A stretch of 63,856 nucleotides of DNA, the filler included, from Octopus bimaculoides (Eukaryota): assembly GCF_001194135.2 (NCBI RefSeq). It is 7 parts of 7 records of this genome, joined end to end, with 100 filler letters (N's around TTAATTAATTAA, not from the genome) between each part and the next. Parts side by side here need not be neighbours in the genome. Positions count along the whole stretch, not along the records: positions 62,066 to 63,856 come from NW_026302822.1; 6 more parts are not named here. One strand, given 5' to 3'. Under the pieces are notes generated by a model. The model was not told where the DNA came from. It saw nothing but the letters and a program-made list of their open reading frames with translations, and did no database searches. The translations under genes were made by a program, and so were the position numbers. This document shows, piece after piece, positions 63,651 to 63,856 of this stretch. The number at the start of each line of letters is the position of its first letter. Position 1 is the stretch's first letter.

Positions 63651-63856
63651 TAAGTTCACTGATGATCTGAACGGATAGGTACGCTGATTAAGTGCTATAA
63701 TTGTTCATCCGTTAGGTTCCAAGTTCACAGCTGAGGCTAAATCTAGGGATCCGTATTAGGAAATTCGCTTTACCCTATTAAATATGAATTGAGATACCTA
63801 TCCTGGCTTGGTTTTTGTATATATATATCTATATATATATATATATATATATATAT

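Noticed and set aside
63657-63695. C/D-box snoRNA (TGATGA...CTGA)
   Set aside because: The boxes are only ~20 nt apart and there is no terminal stem.

Overview
AT-rich, microsatellite- and gap-rich eukaryotic (cephalopod, most likely Octopus; inference from the SINE/LINE repertoire) scaffold window. Six identical artificial 100-bp joins (44 N + TTAATTAATTAA + 44 N) split it into seven pieces whose adjacency is not established. Nearly all supplied ORFs are microsatellite, N-run or repeat artefacts. The main non-repeat feature is missed by the ORF track: a spliced minus-strand gene for a small secreted cysteine-rich protein with SVWC/VWC-like Cys spacing (signal-peptide exon 15028-15094, Cys-rich exon 13873-13998, candidate 3' exons to 13064, candidate 5'UTR exon near 19620). 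The rest is mostly transposable-element debris: about ten R4/Dong-clade LINE pieces, most beside (TAA)n-type arrays and including an internally deleted ~570-bp derivative and a foldback; a CR1-like 3' end; RTE fragments; a Chapaev3-like transposase relic; a near full-length Tc1-like element with ~200-bp TIRs; a Helitron 5' relic; two MITEs; Penelope-LTR-like pieces with hammerhead-core motifs; and at least four tRNA-derived SINE families with swapped modules. No rRNA, genuine tRNA or CRISPR array is supported. All family names come from motif recognition by eye, not database searches; repeat boundaries are approximate.
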